A stretch of DNA of 63,741 bases, filler included, from Perkinsus chesapeaki ATCC PRA-425 (taxonomy: Eukaryota > Protista > Perkinsozoa), in assembly GCA_013115145.1 (NCBI GenBank). It is 7 parts of 7 records of this genome, joined end to end, with 100 filler letters (N's around TTAATTAATTAA, not from the genome) between each part and the next. Parts side by side here need not be neighbours in the genome. Positions count along the whole stretch, not along the records: positions 35,672 to 38,243 come from JAAPAO010001573.1; positions 38,344 to 62,500 come from JAAPAO010000551.1; 5 more parts are not named here. The stretch is one strand, 5' to 3'. The position numbers and the translations under genes are program-made. The notes below the pieces were generated by a model that saw nothing but the letters and a program-made list of their open reading frames with translations, had not been told where the DNA came from and made no database searches. Of this stretch, positions 36,574 to 50,136 are shown piece by piece (the first letter of the stretch is position 1; every line of letters starts with the position of its first letter).

Positions 36574-38124
36574 AATGGCAAATGAAAGAGCTCAACTGTA
36601 GATAAAGCAAATGACATACAACTGTGATAACCCCGTCCACAGAATGAAGAACGATTGTTAGAGATAAAACTTGATACGTCATTATGGATACGAAGATTGA
36701 TGTGTTGAGCCTCGGGACAAGTTACTAGAGAAATGCTCCACACTTGCTTTTAACCATCAAAGATGAAGTAATACAGTATATTCTAGCCTCATAAAACAAC
36801 AGAAAAGGAGAGCTTCACGACTTCTGTGGAATATTCCAGAATAGAGACGTGCCAAATAGTTGGCCGTAAAACGCCCATTTAGTTTACATGTGGTAATTAT
36901 TCAGGAGCTTCCTGTACAAGCTATGGGCTTCTATCATCGACTATAATTAATCAACATTACGCGTCTAACTTCGCGTCAACCCTTCCTTACCACATCTTAA
37001 CGGCGGAGGACGGTTTTGTGGAAAACAGGGCGCGCGCCATATTTCTTGGCGCGTGACTGTTTGTAGATGTGACACATTATGCGCCTGCGTGCAGATGTAA
37101 GCCTACGCAAACACCATAGATCATTTTAAACCCTTCCTGTCGGGGTTGACATACCGCCGAACCCGTAACTGCTGAATGTAGGAAGGGACCAAAACCCGAG
37201 GCTCAGCCATGCCCTAGAATCAACACAAACGGGCTGAGACTATTCTTAATCTACGGTGTATGCCTCCATCTGCACGCAGACACACAGTAACATTTTACCC
37301 GAAACCTAACCTTCGGTCCACCGTACAGACTGCCACTGAACTCCGGGCTACAATGCTTACAACAGGAATAACATTCTCGAGCATGGATGGCCCGATTAGT
37401 CGTAAGTCACCCGGATCACAGTGTGATCATCACACGCTGTGGCGCACCCTTGTATAATGCCAGGTTGCCCAAGGCGGGACCATCATGCTCGGTGATGATA
37501 GATTAACTCAAACACAGTGTATTAGAGCCCTTCCTTGTAACATACTAACCAACTCTGGTGGGTGTGTGTGCCTTCTTACAATATCAATCTGAAGGCCTTA
37601 ACATTGACTGTTACGGTTAGATGGGTACCGCCCCCAGTCTCCATCAGACATACATTTTCTCCAACTCATTTCCCACTATACGTCAGCCTTCACAATGGCC
37701 AGGTTTTGGACTTACAGCCCTACATGCGTTACTATGCCATAAACTGTCCATTGTTGAACACCACCTTTCTTAAACCTACAACATTACGTAGACTTACTGG
37801 AAGAAAACAGACAGTTATTTGAGGTGTAATATCTGATTTGCAACCTTCCGCGCTGTAAAATGTGTTACAGCCTCTCCGAAAGCTTGACTAACTTAGCAGA
37901 ATTGCGAGCGATCCTTTTGTTCGATCAATGAAGTTGATCGAACACATTAGTGAGCGAACAATTGACTCAAACACAATCATATTCTCTCACTTAATCGATC
38001 AATCCATTCGTGGAAATCAGACAGCTTCATATCAAAATCGACCAACGTGTCGATTAATACTAAAAACATACAAAAAGGGTCGTCTAATGAGTCATTATAC
38101 GATATGGGATATAACAAACTAATC

Positions 38125-38263
38125 TTAAGGAAGAACTGTTGCTTCAGTAGTTTCAGAAGAAGAATCTCCGGTGGTGGACGCAACAGGTCCTTCAGTAGGA
38201 GTAGCCTCAGCAGGTCCCTCGGTGGTAGCCTCAGCAGGTCCCTNNNNNNNNNNNNNNNNNNNN
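38125..38263 (-). CDS. 3' end of a Thr/Glu/Pro mucin-like protein
   Basis: GPAEATTEGPAEATPTEGPVASTTGDSSSETTEATVLP*; the rest lies in the gap. Confidence 0.6.
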
Positions 38264-38343
38264 NNNNNNNNNNNNNNNNNNNNNNNNTTAATTAATTAAN
38301 NNNNNNNNNNNNNNNNNNNNNNNNNNNNNNNNNNNNNNNNNNN

Positions 38344-40063
38344 GGGTCTCGGGTTTGACTGTTGGTAGTTTACCCCTTGAACCAATAGACATACCTCGCG
38401 GCTCGAACGTTATGCACTGTTTTAACGTCACTCGCCGTTAAATGGGAATGCGTAATTGATCTCGGAAATACTTCACGCGCCACGAAATTCTCACCAACTC
38501 CTCGAATAGTGTCGAGATAATCGCATCCGCACATTATGCAGAAGTCGATAAATTGCTCCATCGTTACGTCAAGCTGCTCAAGAACGACAGGCAGCGAGAT
38601 TTCATAAACCTGTAAGCCATGAAACGCTTCGCTCCGCTAAGAATATCCAACACTTCCTACTGGTTTGGTAGTCTTGCCAGCTGCATTCTGTTGACCACTC
38701 CCCAATGTATTAAAGAGATTCTTAATCTGAACCGGTGAACCAAAAGTCAGCACCTGAACCCCGAACAGGATCAGAGTAAAAGTCGGTATGCACGCATGCG
38801 CACATCCATATCGTCGGTAACAGCACCATAACATTTTCCATACTTTACCAAAGCAGCACAAGTCGCCTCGGCCTCCTCCGGCGCCTCGATAATACAACAA
38901 CCCATCAAAGCTAAAAATGGTAAATAAAAAACGCTTCGCTCGCTAAAAATGGTAATTATTATATCCCTACTTAACAATTTCTTAACAACAGCATTCATCT
39001 TTGGCGTGGCTCTAGTTGACCTGTGAGCTGCTTTACGAATCCCCTCGTCGTCACCTAATAAATACGTTCCGACCATGAAAGCAACTCGGATGCACTCGGG
39101 CAAGAGAAACCATCGGAAATAGAGTCCGAAAATTTTAGAAATGTATAATTATATTTCCCTCAGACGTTCTCAAGTTAAACATCTCCCCACAGAATTATAA
39201 TCATATTTCTTTGAAGATTTCCCATACAATCTTAGTAAGTTTCACGGGACGAATCCACCAAAACCGTCCCGACCAACTCCGGTGAATTGGAGACTCAACG
39301 TCGCTTGCCCGACAGAGAATGCCCACAGAGTGGAGATATTCTCAACGTCACTTGCTTTTGAGCGCCACCACCCATTCCTCTCTGCTATTCCTTCCCTCAC
39401 CTTTCTCTATTGCCTCTTTTAGGTCCTCTTCAGCTTTCTTTTTAATCTCCCTTCGCTTTTCCAACTCCCCAGTTTTCAGACTAGGTGGTTTACCATCAAA
39501 CACAAATACCGGTTTAATACCTGTTCTACGCACTATAAAGATATTAAAGATTCCCCCCCGCCCACCAGCCTCCATCATTTTGAGTGTTCTAGTAACAAAG
39601 CCAGCGATATGTGAAGTCACCTCGCCAGCTGCATTCATGAGATTAGCGTGCTGATTGTCGCCACCCAAACGCACCGCGATAAGAAACTGAGATCGAAACG
39701 TTCAGTAACAAGTTAAGAAGGGTTTATTATAATACACAGGCAAATGGGGGCACACGTTGAGGATAGACGACGATGTTTTCATGGCTTTCTCCAACATCAA
39801 CATGGGGATTCCAGAATTACCAACATGACTTCAAGTGTAAAACTGTATACACTGTAACCGAGTCTTAGTTGGAAGGTCGAATAGGGTCGGCGTGTTGTAA
39901 GATTGTCACACGCCACAAAATTCCAGCTTCCCATTATTACTTGATACATACACATACTTGCATCGACGGCTAAAGTCCTTCCAGTGTAATTGTCCATTTT
40001 CTGCTCACTGACCGATTTGGGAGCATTCTCCGATACGAACTTGAACAGTTGTTTGATTCCCAT
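38344..40063 (-). CDS. FEN1: Flap endonuclease 1 (3' end in gap)
   Basis: MGIKQLFKF...[16 protein letters not shown]|FLIAVR...GEVTSHIAG|[20 protein letters not shown]|[13 protein letters not shown]...TDDMD|LTFGSP|[21 protein letters not shown]. Confidence 0.97.
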
Positions 40064-40149
40064 TAATAATAATTAACTATCTACAGAATGCATTTATTAA
40101 ACCAAAGGAGACACAACTTACGAAAGAGAAACATCATTTCATGGCGAGT

Positions 40150-41183
40150 GACGATGAGTAGCAGCAGTAGCAACAAAGTAATAAACGAGTAAATACCATC
40201 AACGTGTCGATGATCATGCATGGCCTCCAACTTGACCTATTCTTCATCATTCACGCTTCAACCTTGAGATTCTTCCCCATCCCCACACCCGCCCCTCCAG
40301 AAGGAGTACTAACTCCACCAACCCAACGAATTAAAACATCATTTTCCCAAATGCCTCTTCGAGTCTGACCGAACTCAGTAGTGTATCTGATTTGCAAAGC
40401 GAGCGCCCAAATCATCGATTTGCGTCCTACTCTCCATCACCATGCCTTTTACCCGCAACCCAGTAACCAGCATACTTTCGACCATCTGGCCACTCAAATG
40501 TTCCTAATCAGTTGACCTATGGTGTATCTTGCACGGTTGAAGCTAAGATACCATATCCTTCTTTCTTATCATTCACATATTGTCCTTGATAAACCATTGG
40601 TCCTCCTCGGTCCCCGGCGATGTGCCATTCCATTCGACCTTCGCCGTGAAATTTACCCTCTAGGAACGACCCGACGTATCTTAATAACCAATTTCATGGC
40701 GCGCAAGAATAACACGAAAAGTATCCAAGTCACATAGTAAATGAGAAGTACAACTCGAGATACGCCGGTCTAGTTTGTATAAGGCTAGGGTCACCGCATA
40801 TCTTAGGTTGTTGCACGCAAGACTAGGATTAGGTCAACTAAACCACTCCGAATTTTGCAAAACTTCCTTACTACCAAGTACGTGAAAATTCGTTGAGTAT
40901 CTCATGTCGATTCGTGCAAGATGCATACCAGGTTAAATGTAACTCACATTCGACCATCTGACCATGTTTGAACTCCTTGTCCATGTAGCTCATTATTTAA
41001 CCATCCACCTGAATGATTTTTGAAATATATGAAAAAATAAGCTAAATCATTGCAACCTTGATAATATCCTCCAGGATACTCCCATCGACCTTCACCTTCC
41101 CTTCGACCATCCACAACATCACCAACATATCTCGACCCATCAGAATATCTAACCATAGTCCAACAGGACAGCATCCCGTCCAT
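40150..41183 (-). CDS. MORN-repeat protein, spliced
   Basis: DGSRYVGDVVDGRREGEG, YQGGWLNNELHGQG, YVGSFLEGKFHGEG, YQGQYVNDKKEGYG and DGRKYAGYWVAGKRHGDG; ends approximate. Confidence 0.88.
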
Positions 41184-41314
41184 AAACCCAAAGGACTCTG
41201 GTTCTATTCCCCCTTACCTTATTTCGCTTCGCTCCGCCTTCTCATCCAACTTCGATTTCGGCGATTGAATTTTCCTCGACGATGAATTATTAAGATTCTT
41301 CGATACTCCAGGTG

Positions 41315-44300
41315 TCAAGACAAGCTGACAACAACCGTCAAAACCAAATCGATCAACTGGGCGAGCGCTGACTGCATCACCACCACCTTTGGTATGCCAC
41401 TTCCGAACGAGCTGCCACGGCTTGAGTTTCTTGGCGCGTGACGCTGCGATCCTCCGGATGCAGCCCGTGGGTAAATTACTCCTCCTGATTTCTGACGATT
41501 CATTTCATACGCGCTGTCCGCTAAGAAAGAATATCTTGAGGTTGAGCGTGCAAGATCCCGAATAGGCCAAATTACAATGCAGCTCGCAGCACGGCAGATG
41601 TCCGACTGTATTCCCCATGACAAAAACTGGTCTTAAAAACCGGAGCCTGCGTTTCTTCCAACCAAACGCAACAACAAGCACGTGATGTTGATAGACTGAT
41701 TACATCATCGAGCATGTTCATCCTAGTAGACCACTAATGGGGCTCACGAAGGTCGACGTATCTTTATAGATTCTCCCAACTGCGCACTCGGAAGATTTTT
41801 AGACTCACCCGAGTTCGCTCCCTGGTCTCTCCGTCTCATTCTAACTCTCTCAGAAGCACGATGTACTGGTGAAGGAGCTGACAGTATCCAAGCTTGATCC
41901 GTATATGATACAGAACAGCTTAAGTTGCACCTCTCTGTTCCCTCTCATCTGCCCTTAAAGTGGCCAATTCCCCGCCATAAATAGCGCGGAAAATCGATGC
42001 GTTTTCTCGTCGTCTGCCGCGAACGTCTCCCCCACCCGACAAGATAACCGTCCTGAACGCGTCCAGGACGGTTTAAAAAAGTGTTTAATCGAAAGTCGCT
42101 ACAGAGAAATGCAAAGCCATAAAAGCCACCAGCCAATAGCATAACGAACGAAATAAAATAGGATATCCAACGACATATAGTCCATAGAGAAGACCTGATG
42201 TTAGCCTATTTTGTATCTTGCATGCTTCAACCTAAGGTACTACCGGAAAGTGCGATCCGCTTATATACAGGGACGCTATAGACATCAACAAACTTGAAAA
42301 TACCAGCACCTGAGATCAGTAATTCCCTGGCGCGCAAGAAAATAGCGACCACTAAAAAGTAAACTAGTGTGCGTTCGTATACTCTCAAGCTCAAAAAAAA
42401 TTCTTCACAGTGCGCACTCCCTGAAAGTGTGGGTTGAACTTCGCCTTGTGATGCTTCCTCAATTTCTGACTTCTCGACCAAACCAATCCATAAACCATAA
42501 CAGCAAGCATTGATTCCACTATCGCGCCTGAGATAACCGAAAGGTCCCCGGTTCGAATCCCACGACCGGCATTTTACTCCCTCCATAAAATGAACACCAA
42601 TTCCTCTCCAAAGCGGGCAATCGAGTATCTTCGTTACACCACGCTATCATACGAAACAACTGAGGAAATGTCCAAGGTATGCACGCATGCACATGATAGT
42701 ATCTTTCAAGAACCTGCATGATTATTATGCCAATGCTTGTCAGTGAGTTGAGGAGACTTAAAACTCGCACGCCAGACTGGACCGGGAAATTCTGAGAAAT
42801 CCCTCCAAATCGATCGCCTGATCGATTTTGATACCTTCAAGAATGATGTCGTTAAAGTGGTCTGAGGCGTATCCGAATCGAGTAATCCTAAAATCTGAAA
42901 ACACCTCTCGTGGGAATTGAACCGACGACCTCTGGATGTTGAAACTCACTGCTGGATTGGCTGTTCGCTCATCTCCCGCTCCACCAAGTTGGAGGATATT
43001 CAGCAAACGATTGAGAAGCACGATGAGATAAATAGAGAATAATAATATTATTATTGCCAATATGAGCTCATCTAAAACATAAATCGATCAAATGGTCATC
43101 AATCCGACCTAAAGATACCCCTAGCCTTCAAACTAAAATGAGTAAGATCCGATGATGATCGATGGTCTTTAAATCCCACGGCACCCAGCCACGAAATCGT
43201 ATCCACACTTTACGAACATTATTATTATTATCGTACTTAATGAGAGAAAAGGTTAAAGCGTATTACAATTCCACCAAACTGGATTGGTGAACCAGGAGGT
43301 GAAAGTTGCGGGTGTAAGTTTCTGTTCCCTCCGGTGATGGTGCGTGATTAGTCAACAACAGATTGAAAGTGACGGAAGGATCCTGGTGTATACTGTTATG
43401 ATTTCAGGGCACCAAAACAAGGGGAACCAAAAATTGAAAAAAAGAAACTTTCCGTACGCGTGAATCATAATATTATTGCTCAGCACAAAATGCACGCTTG
43501 AAGCTGAGATCCCCCCTACCAATGGCTCCCCAAAATATCCCATCACCATCAATAAGATAATCATCTTCAAATACCACCCCCGGACCGGGTAGATCTTCCA
43601 ACTCGTTCGAGCACAAAGTAAATCTTCTTAAACCAGCCCGACCAACTGATAATGCAAATACATAGTACCTATGACGAAGGAATATAAATTCTCACGCGCC
43701 ACGAAATTACCGCTGGCTCACAGTATTGTAGCTAGAGATTTAGCTGCTCGCATTATTATTAAGAATATGAAATAGTTCGTCATTTTGGTGTTGACCTGTG
43801 AATAAATACTTTACATTTGATAAGTAAAGCCTTATAAAAATTATAAATAAATAGAATCCTAATAATACATCATCAGATAATAGATTACACATTCACATGT
43901 TGTTAAATGGAGAGAGTGAGGAGAAGATTGAGGTGATGGTAATATTAGTATATCTAAATAACGAGGAGTCATTAAGGAACACCAGATGTTAGGCTCTTGG
44001 ACAGTAGGAATGAATTCGGCCAAGTCTCCTTTTGATACTAGTTTAGAAGCATAGTTGCCATTGTATCTCCACCGCGCGAAGCGGACACTTCCTCCAATTC
44101 CGGAGGAGCACTGTAGGGTTAGGTAATGAATCCCAGGTAGTTATTATCCGTACTAACCGACCATGATATGAAACTATTAAATGTCCCCGATAACACAATG
44201 TTTGTACGCATGCGCATTCTTACTTTGGGTGCCTCCAAAATCAATATTCCAAAAACGTTAACCATCGCCGACACTCCGTTATCAAATGCATCAATACCAC

Positions 44301-46120
44301 TACCAGTCTGACATGCCATCGTACCTATACCGTAATCGATCACGTGATCGATTTGAGATATCCTACTAGCGAAATAATTAACCTTAGATGAGGTATAAGT
44401 TGTAATATCAAAATCTTCACGGTGTGAACTCTGAGACGTATCTGGAAAGATTCGATGCGGGTTCACATAACTTCGAAAAATACCGCTATTTTGTACTATT
44501 ATTAACAACCAACGAAAAAAATGATAACTAGCACCGATTACTACTCGGCAACGCCGCACTCCCTATCTGTTATGTAAAGTAATGCCCGATTTCCGAGACT
44601 CTTTGAGAATCCTGTCGGCTAGGAGCGGACGGTCGATAAACGTATGGATCAAAGATCTTCAACACACCTACTATTACCTTTACCGACGCCACCGCCAAGC
44701 CAACACACGAATTGAGTCTGTAAATGGATTGTCGCATCCAATCTGATGACAAGAAGCTATTATCTTATAACTTTTAATTACTGTTATAGGATATTCAATA
44801 TATCACAAATGAAGGGATGGAAAGTGATTTGTGAAGTACTACTATTAATCAACATTATGGTCTATAAAGAGCCTACTTTAACTGAATGTAATTTATTAAA
44901 TAGTTTAATGGGCAACAATAAACTATAACTCATTCCGACGGGGAGATTCCTGATCATCATCGATTAGTTATTATTGACACGGGCACAGTACTATGACTAA
45001 ATACAGTATGTGCGACCATTAAGTGATGATAAAATTATTAATTTTTTAAAATGTATTATAAACATTAGTATGAGGATATTATAGTACATTATATTTGTAA
45101 AGTAGTAGACGATTTATCAAGCAAAATTGCCGCCCGAGCGGAGGAGCGTATGCTTCCACTTTACTAACACTTTGTGCGTGTGAACGAAGTATCCGGCTCG
45201 AGCTGGAGGGGCTACGACTACCTGCTACAGTTTATATTGTTAATGTAATAGTAGTATACAGTTTATATTGTTAATGTAATAGTAGTATACAGTTTATATT
45301 GTTAATGTAATAGTAGTATACAGTTTATATTGTTAATGTAATAGTAGTATACTGNNNNNNNNNNNNNNNNNNNNNNNNNNNNNNNNNNNNNNNNNNNNNN
45401 NNNNNNNNNNNNNNNNNNNNNNNNNNNNNNNNNNNNNNNNNNNNNNNNNNNTTTTATATTGTTAATGTAGTAGTATACAGTTTATATTGTTAATGTAGTA
45501 GTATACAGTTTATATTGTTAATGTAGTAGTATACAGTTTATATTGTTAATGTAATAGTAGTAGAGTGCTATGGCCCCTTGGATTCTCCTCCTTTTTATTA
45601 CCTATCAATAATGGCTTCACAATCATTTCCGATTCTTATTGTTGCATCCCATAAATCATATAATGATGACATTAATAATATTATATTACATAATAATGCA
45701 CCTTCACGAATTGATAAATATATAAATGATTTACCATTCGCCATAATATCAACAATAACAAAACCTGCACGCATGCACAAGATGCCATAAAGTGGATATT
45801 TACCACTAAACCCAACAGGTAATACCGACTCTTCCCTCAATACACGTAGACTAGACCGTGACGCTATCAACTCTATGAATTTAGTAGCTTTTCAAGGATA
45901 GAGGCCATCAGCTGACAGCTAAGGTGTTATAGTTAACCTTTTTCGTATCAAGCAAGCTTCAACCTCAAGATTTGTTTCCGTCAGAGGAGGATGGAACCAA
46001 GAGAAATGATTAAAGCACAATGAAGAGTTCTCTGAGGAGCTTCATAGCCATCTGCCATTCAGTGGAGAGTGTATCCTATCTGTTAATGCTAAAACCTTTA
46101 CCCCGTTGGGGCACAGTCTT
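41315..46120 (-). CDS. Large multi-exon hypothetical membrane protein region (one or two genes)
   Basis: Series of minus-strand ORFs with hydrophobic segments (45598-45870, 44119-44559, 43352-43570, 42758-43060, 42227-42770, 41945-42142, 41315-41623) separated by GT-AG introns. Family not recognised. Confidence 0.4.
42528..42577 (-). other. 50-nt intron = antisense tRNA 3' half
   Basis: GTAAAATGCCGGTCGTGGGATTCGAACCGGGGACCTTTCGGTTATCTCAG. The opposite strand reads CTGA...AAGGTCCCCGGTTCGAATCC...GGCA-TTTT-AC. Confidence 0.75.
45227..45562. repeat. 31-bp minisatellite (ACAGTTTATATTGTTAATGTAATAGTAGTAT)n with a 28-bp variant after the gap
   Basis: Starts at 45227, 45258, 45289... Confidence 0.95.
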
Positions 46121-46287
46121 TTCAATCTGAAGATAGACATCGAGGGAACTCTAAGACGTCACAAGTTTTCAAGAATCTGCTAGCTCGCCACGTACAGTAC
46201 AAATCGTGAAGTCGAGGATCCTAGGTCGATCCTTGCACGATACACAAAATGTCTATTGGTGTTGCATAGCCTCTTTTATTTCTCCCA

Positions 46288-47775
46288 ATGGCTGACGTTT
46301 CCTTCGGTATTGGTATCCTTTGCACTCTGCTTGCTGCGGTTTTCTTTGGTATCCAATACGTACCTTGTAAGCAATATTCAACCTATGATGGTGCTGTATT
46401 CCAATGGTTTATGTGTAGTGGTATCATTTGGGGTGGTATAATACTACAATTAATTCTAATGTTTGCCTTCGACTGGCCCGGCCCCCAAATAATCCTCTAT
46501 GGCGTCCTGTCTGGCTTCCTCTGGGGCTCTGCCAACTTCCTCGTTATCCCATTGGTTCGCATCTGTGGTTTAGCTCTTGGGTTTTCACTCTACCATATTA
46601 TAAATCTTACCTGGGGTTATTGCTTAAGTCGCTTCGGTCTCTTTGGTATGGACCAAGATATTGGCCGCATTCCGATCTTGCGTGACGTTGGCGTGTTCGT
46701 CCTACTAGCATCGTTTGTGATGCTCTTCTGGGTCGAACCCGAAGAAGGCAAAACCGACCCTAACAAAGATCTCAAGACCAAGGATAGGCCGTCAGAAAGC
46801 GTGAGGGCAAAAAATCTTCCGAGTGCGCAATCCCAAGATACTCCGGCGGCCGGTGATGAAGACGTCGAGGTCGTGAAGAACTCAACTGGCGTATCTGATA
46901 AGAAATACGTATTCGGTTTGAATCGTTTACAGGCAATTAAAATAGCTGGTAAGTGGTAATTTAGTTTATTTATCATTAGGTTTTATCAGGTATCGTATTG
47001 GCTATTGCCGCTGGAGTCTTGACTGCCATGAATGGTTGGCCGTATGCCTTGTGGACCCAAACTACTCAAGGAAAGGAAATGATGGCCGTAAGTTACTCCC
47101 CAGTAGTCAACGTAGAGTCTTTTGTGAAGCTCTCCTCTGGAAACTTGTATGCTCTGGACAAACGTGGAGCGTTGTAAAATACATTTTCTTAAATACCATT
47201 AGATTCGATTCCCTTAGTCAACCCTAGGCTTTTCTCACCAAGTCCGAAGTGTCATCAATAGATTCCCTTCTCCTCCTCCTCCTCCTTCACCCCGTCAATT
47301 CCTGTATGGTTTTAGGTTCAATTTGTTTTCTCCCAAACCATTGGCATCTACACCGCCTCGAGTATTTGGTATTGGATCTCCTCAACTGTCCGACAATTCG
47401 GTTTCAAGAAGCGTACTCATCATTCGGTCATCAGACCCGCCTTCATAGCAGGTGAGCCTCTGCCGGGGATCGAACCTCCGCGGGTTATCCCTCTGTGGGT
47501 TTTTAGGCCTCTTCTGGGTTGCCGGTGATGTTAACATGCTTTATGGTATCGATGGTATCGGTTATGCGGCTGCTTACACTCTAGACGCGGTGGGACCTGT
47601 CATGGTTGCCAGTGTCCTCAGTTTACTTTGGTTCAAGGAGATCAAAGAAACTAAGTAAGTATAATAATATCTCCACCAGGATTCGAACTCGATACCTTTC
47701 AGACAACGTATATGGTTCATAGCGTCTTTTCTTGCTCAAGTTGCCGGTTGCATAATGGTAGCTGTTGGAGCCTAA
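46288..47775 (+). CDS. TMEM144: TMEM144-like (DMT-superfamily) multi-pass membrane protein
   Basis: AAVFFGIQYVPCK..TYDGAVFQWFMCSGI; later exons PAFIAG|LFWVAGDVNM...GPVMVASVLSLLWFKEIKETK|QRIWFIASFLAQVAGCIMVAVGA*. Confidence 0.85.
47452..47506 (+). other. 55-nt intron with antisense tRNA T-arm
   Basis: GTGAGCCTCTGCCGGGGATCGAACCTCCGCGGGTTATCC...TTTTAG. Removal gives FIAG-LFW in frame. Confidence 0.8.
47655..47702 (+). other. 48-nt intron with antisense tRNA T-arm
   Basis: GTAAGTATAATAATATCTCCACCAGGATTCGAACTCGATACCTTTCAG. Removal bypasses a TAA and completes the last TM helix. Confidence 0.8.
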
Positions 47776-48427
47776 TCATCAAGTGTATCTATTGCACTAT
47801 AATGTCTATTAGTATCATTATTATTTTGCTCTTCATTAAATGTAAACTTGACTTCAAATAATAATAATTGTGCGAAGGTTGTCGTCGACCATTACCACCA
47901 CCTTGAAGAGTCCTTAACTAGCAGCTGAACGCGGCAGTCATCATCAATGCTGCTCTTTGTTTATGTCACTTCCGCCGTCATCAGCTTCGTTCTTCCAACG
48001 GTACTTACGACTTGTTAATACGTTTCCAATTTCTATCCATCTTGAGTTGCCAGAGAATCTATTTTCACATCTTCAACCTCCTGCTGCTGGAGCAGCTTGA
48101 ATGAAGTAATTTCGAACTGTGTGGTAATGACAGTCGGTAACACATTTAGTTATCCCCCCATCGGCGGAGTATCGCTGTCCATATCATCTGATGAGGCTCG
48201 TTATAAGCACCAGCGGAAGCCGTGAACACTATCAACTATAAACCCTTAAACACAATTGGGAATTATGTCCTTCATGCTTCGCTAGTATACACTCGAACCT
48301 GCGCTGCTGCTGAACGAAGGGGAAGCATCCCCAACGAGAGAATCTGCGCATAACAGCTTGGGGGCATCTCGAGGGGCACCCGTTCCGCTTGCTTTATTAT
48401 CAGTGTGAATCTCACTTAACTTTGAGG

Positions 48428-49412
48428 ATGATGGACAATGACGACGTAAATCGGCTAACTATTACCGAGATTATTTCCCTTTTGAGAATCCCCAACTGCG
48501 ACAATGAAGATGCTGTTGAAAAGTATTTCTCCATTTTCGTGGTTTTTGTCACGTTCCATCTCAGGCGTCTTTCTGTCGCCCTTCAGAATCTACTCGGTAG
48601 CTTACGGCGCGTTGGCACCGCGGAGATCAATCAGTTGGTCCGTGAAGAAGCTCTACTCAGCAATTGTATCCTCTGGGAATCGAACCTGCGCCTCTACTCG
48701 GTCATCAGGTGTCGAGCTCCTTGTCAGAGTAATGAAGCGTTTTCCAAATCTTGCTGATTCCGTGGGAGAGTGCCTCTCCGCAGCGACCTCTGAAAACGTC
48801 ATCTGTGGTTCGGGCGCCCCAGTGGAGATATCCTTCGGAAACGCCGATGTATTTTACATTGAAACTGCCAGCTATTACGGTGCTGGAATTGGGTGTAAAG
48901 TCTGGCCAGCTGCGGTCGCTTTAGCGCAGAAAATATACAACAAAACCATCTTGTTTGACAGAAACCCGGAAGTGGTTGAAATCGGCTCCGGTGTTGGTCT
49001 GGTTGGAATTGCAGCCGCCAAATTCGGTGAAGCTTCTTCAGTCTGTTTCACGGACATGATGGAAAGTCTATTAGAAGTCGCTATGAAGAACGCGAAGAGG
49101 AATTGCCCAGAAGGCTGCTTTGATGCAAAAGTGTTGGATTGGCGCAAACCGAATGAATTGTTAAAGACCAACGCTGAAGTGCTGATCGGCGCAGATGTCA
49201 TTTATGAGAAAGAACACGCAGATTTAATCATCGGCCTTCTCCAACACTTTGCTGGCAATCGGACGATTCTAGCGCTCATGCCGCAGCGACCAGGATACGA
49301 CAAATTCATGGCCGAGCTGCAGAGATGTGAAAATTGGACAGTTAGACAGTCGTTGTCAGTTATAACTGTTATAGGAGAGTGTCAAATACTCGACATTCAT
49401 TTTAGAAAATAA
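48428..49412 (+). CDS. Protein lysine methyltransferase, family 16 (METTL21/EEF2KMT-like)
   Basis: GCKVWPAAVAL, VEIGSGVGLVG, VCFTD, LDW and IGADVIY motifs. N-terminus comes from ORF 48389-48757, joined through intron 48666-48708. Confidence 0.9.
48666..48708 (+). other. 43-nt intron = antisense tRNA T-arm
   Basis: GTATCCTCTGGGAATCGAACCTGCGCCTCTACTCGGTCATCAG. Removal switches exactly from ORF 48389-48757 to ORF 48504-49412 (LSN-C-VELLVR). Confidence 0.8.
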
Positions 49413-50136
49413 TACCTTCATTGTTTGACTATCCGAAATCTCTTGTGTGGAGTTCTCTGGTCTGCCGAGGATGACTATGATTTAATTCACGCATGTCAAA
49501 ACAAGTGTAAATAATGCCTCAATAGTTCCCAGTCTCTCAACCCCGGCAGCTTTAGTACGTGGGTCCCGATGTGGGAGAATCACGAAAAGACACAAAATTG
49601 ACAACCTGGATCAAAGTGAAACCTGTCATTGAAGGGATACAAAATGGGGAGGACTCTTAGACCCAAATTCAAAAAATCGCCTGTTTCCAAGTTGGTCTCG
49701 ATCTTTTTTTCACGAGAAGACGACACGGAAGACATGATATTATAGCTCTCCTGTATCGATTGTGGTTCAACACATACCTACCGTACATTCACCAACTTCC
49801 ACCCGAAGTCTTTCCCAATAGTAATTCATAAAGTGGCAGCCAATAGGTACTCCTGCTCATGCTTCAGCCTGAATGAGAAAGGAAATCTGAAAAGTTTCAT
49901 AACGATAATATTAATGAGAAATGCAGTGTCGATTGCAGTAAATGATTTAATACTACTTCAGAGTCGAGATACACGAATTTGATTCATTGAACAATAGAAG
50001 CACTTGTACCCTTTTGGTGTAGCGACAAACTTGAGTAATAATTTACGATGTGTTACCGGCTGTCATCTACATTGACATGTAAACTAAACATGTATGTAAT
50101 TCGGGAAATGAACCAGATAGGTCAGATGGAAAATCC

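Noticed and set aside
48504-48708. N-terminal 68 aa of ORF 48504-49412 as the real methyltransferase N-terminus
   Set aside because: Better explained by the alternative frame plus the 43-nt intron.
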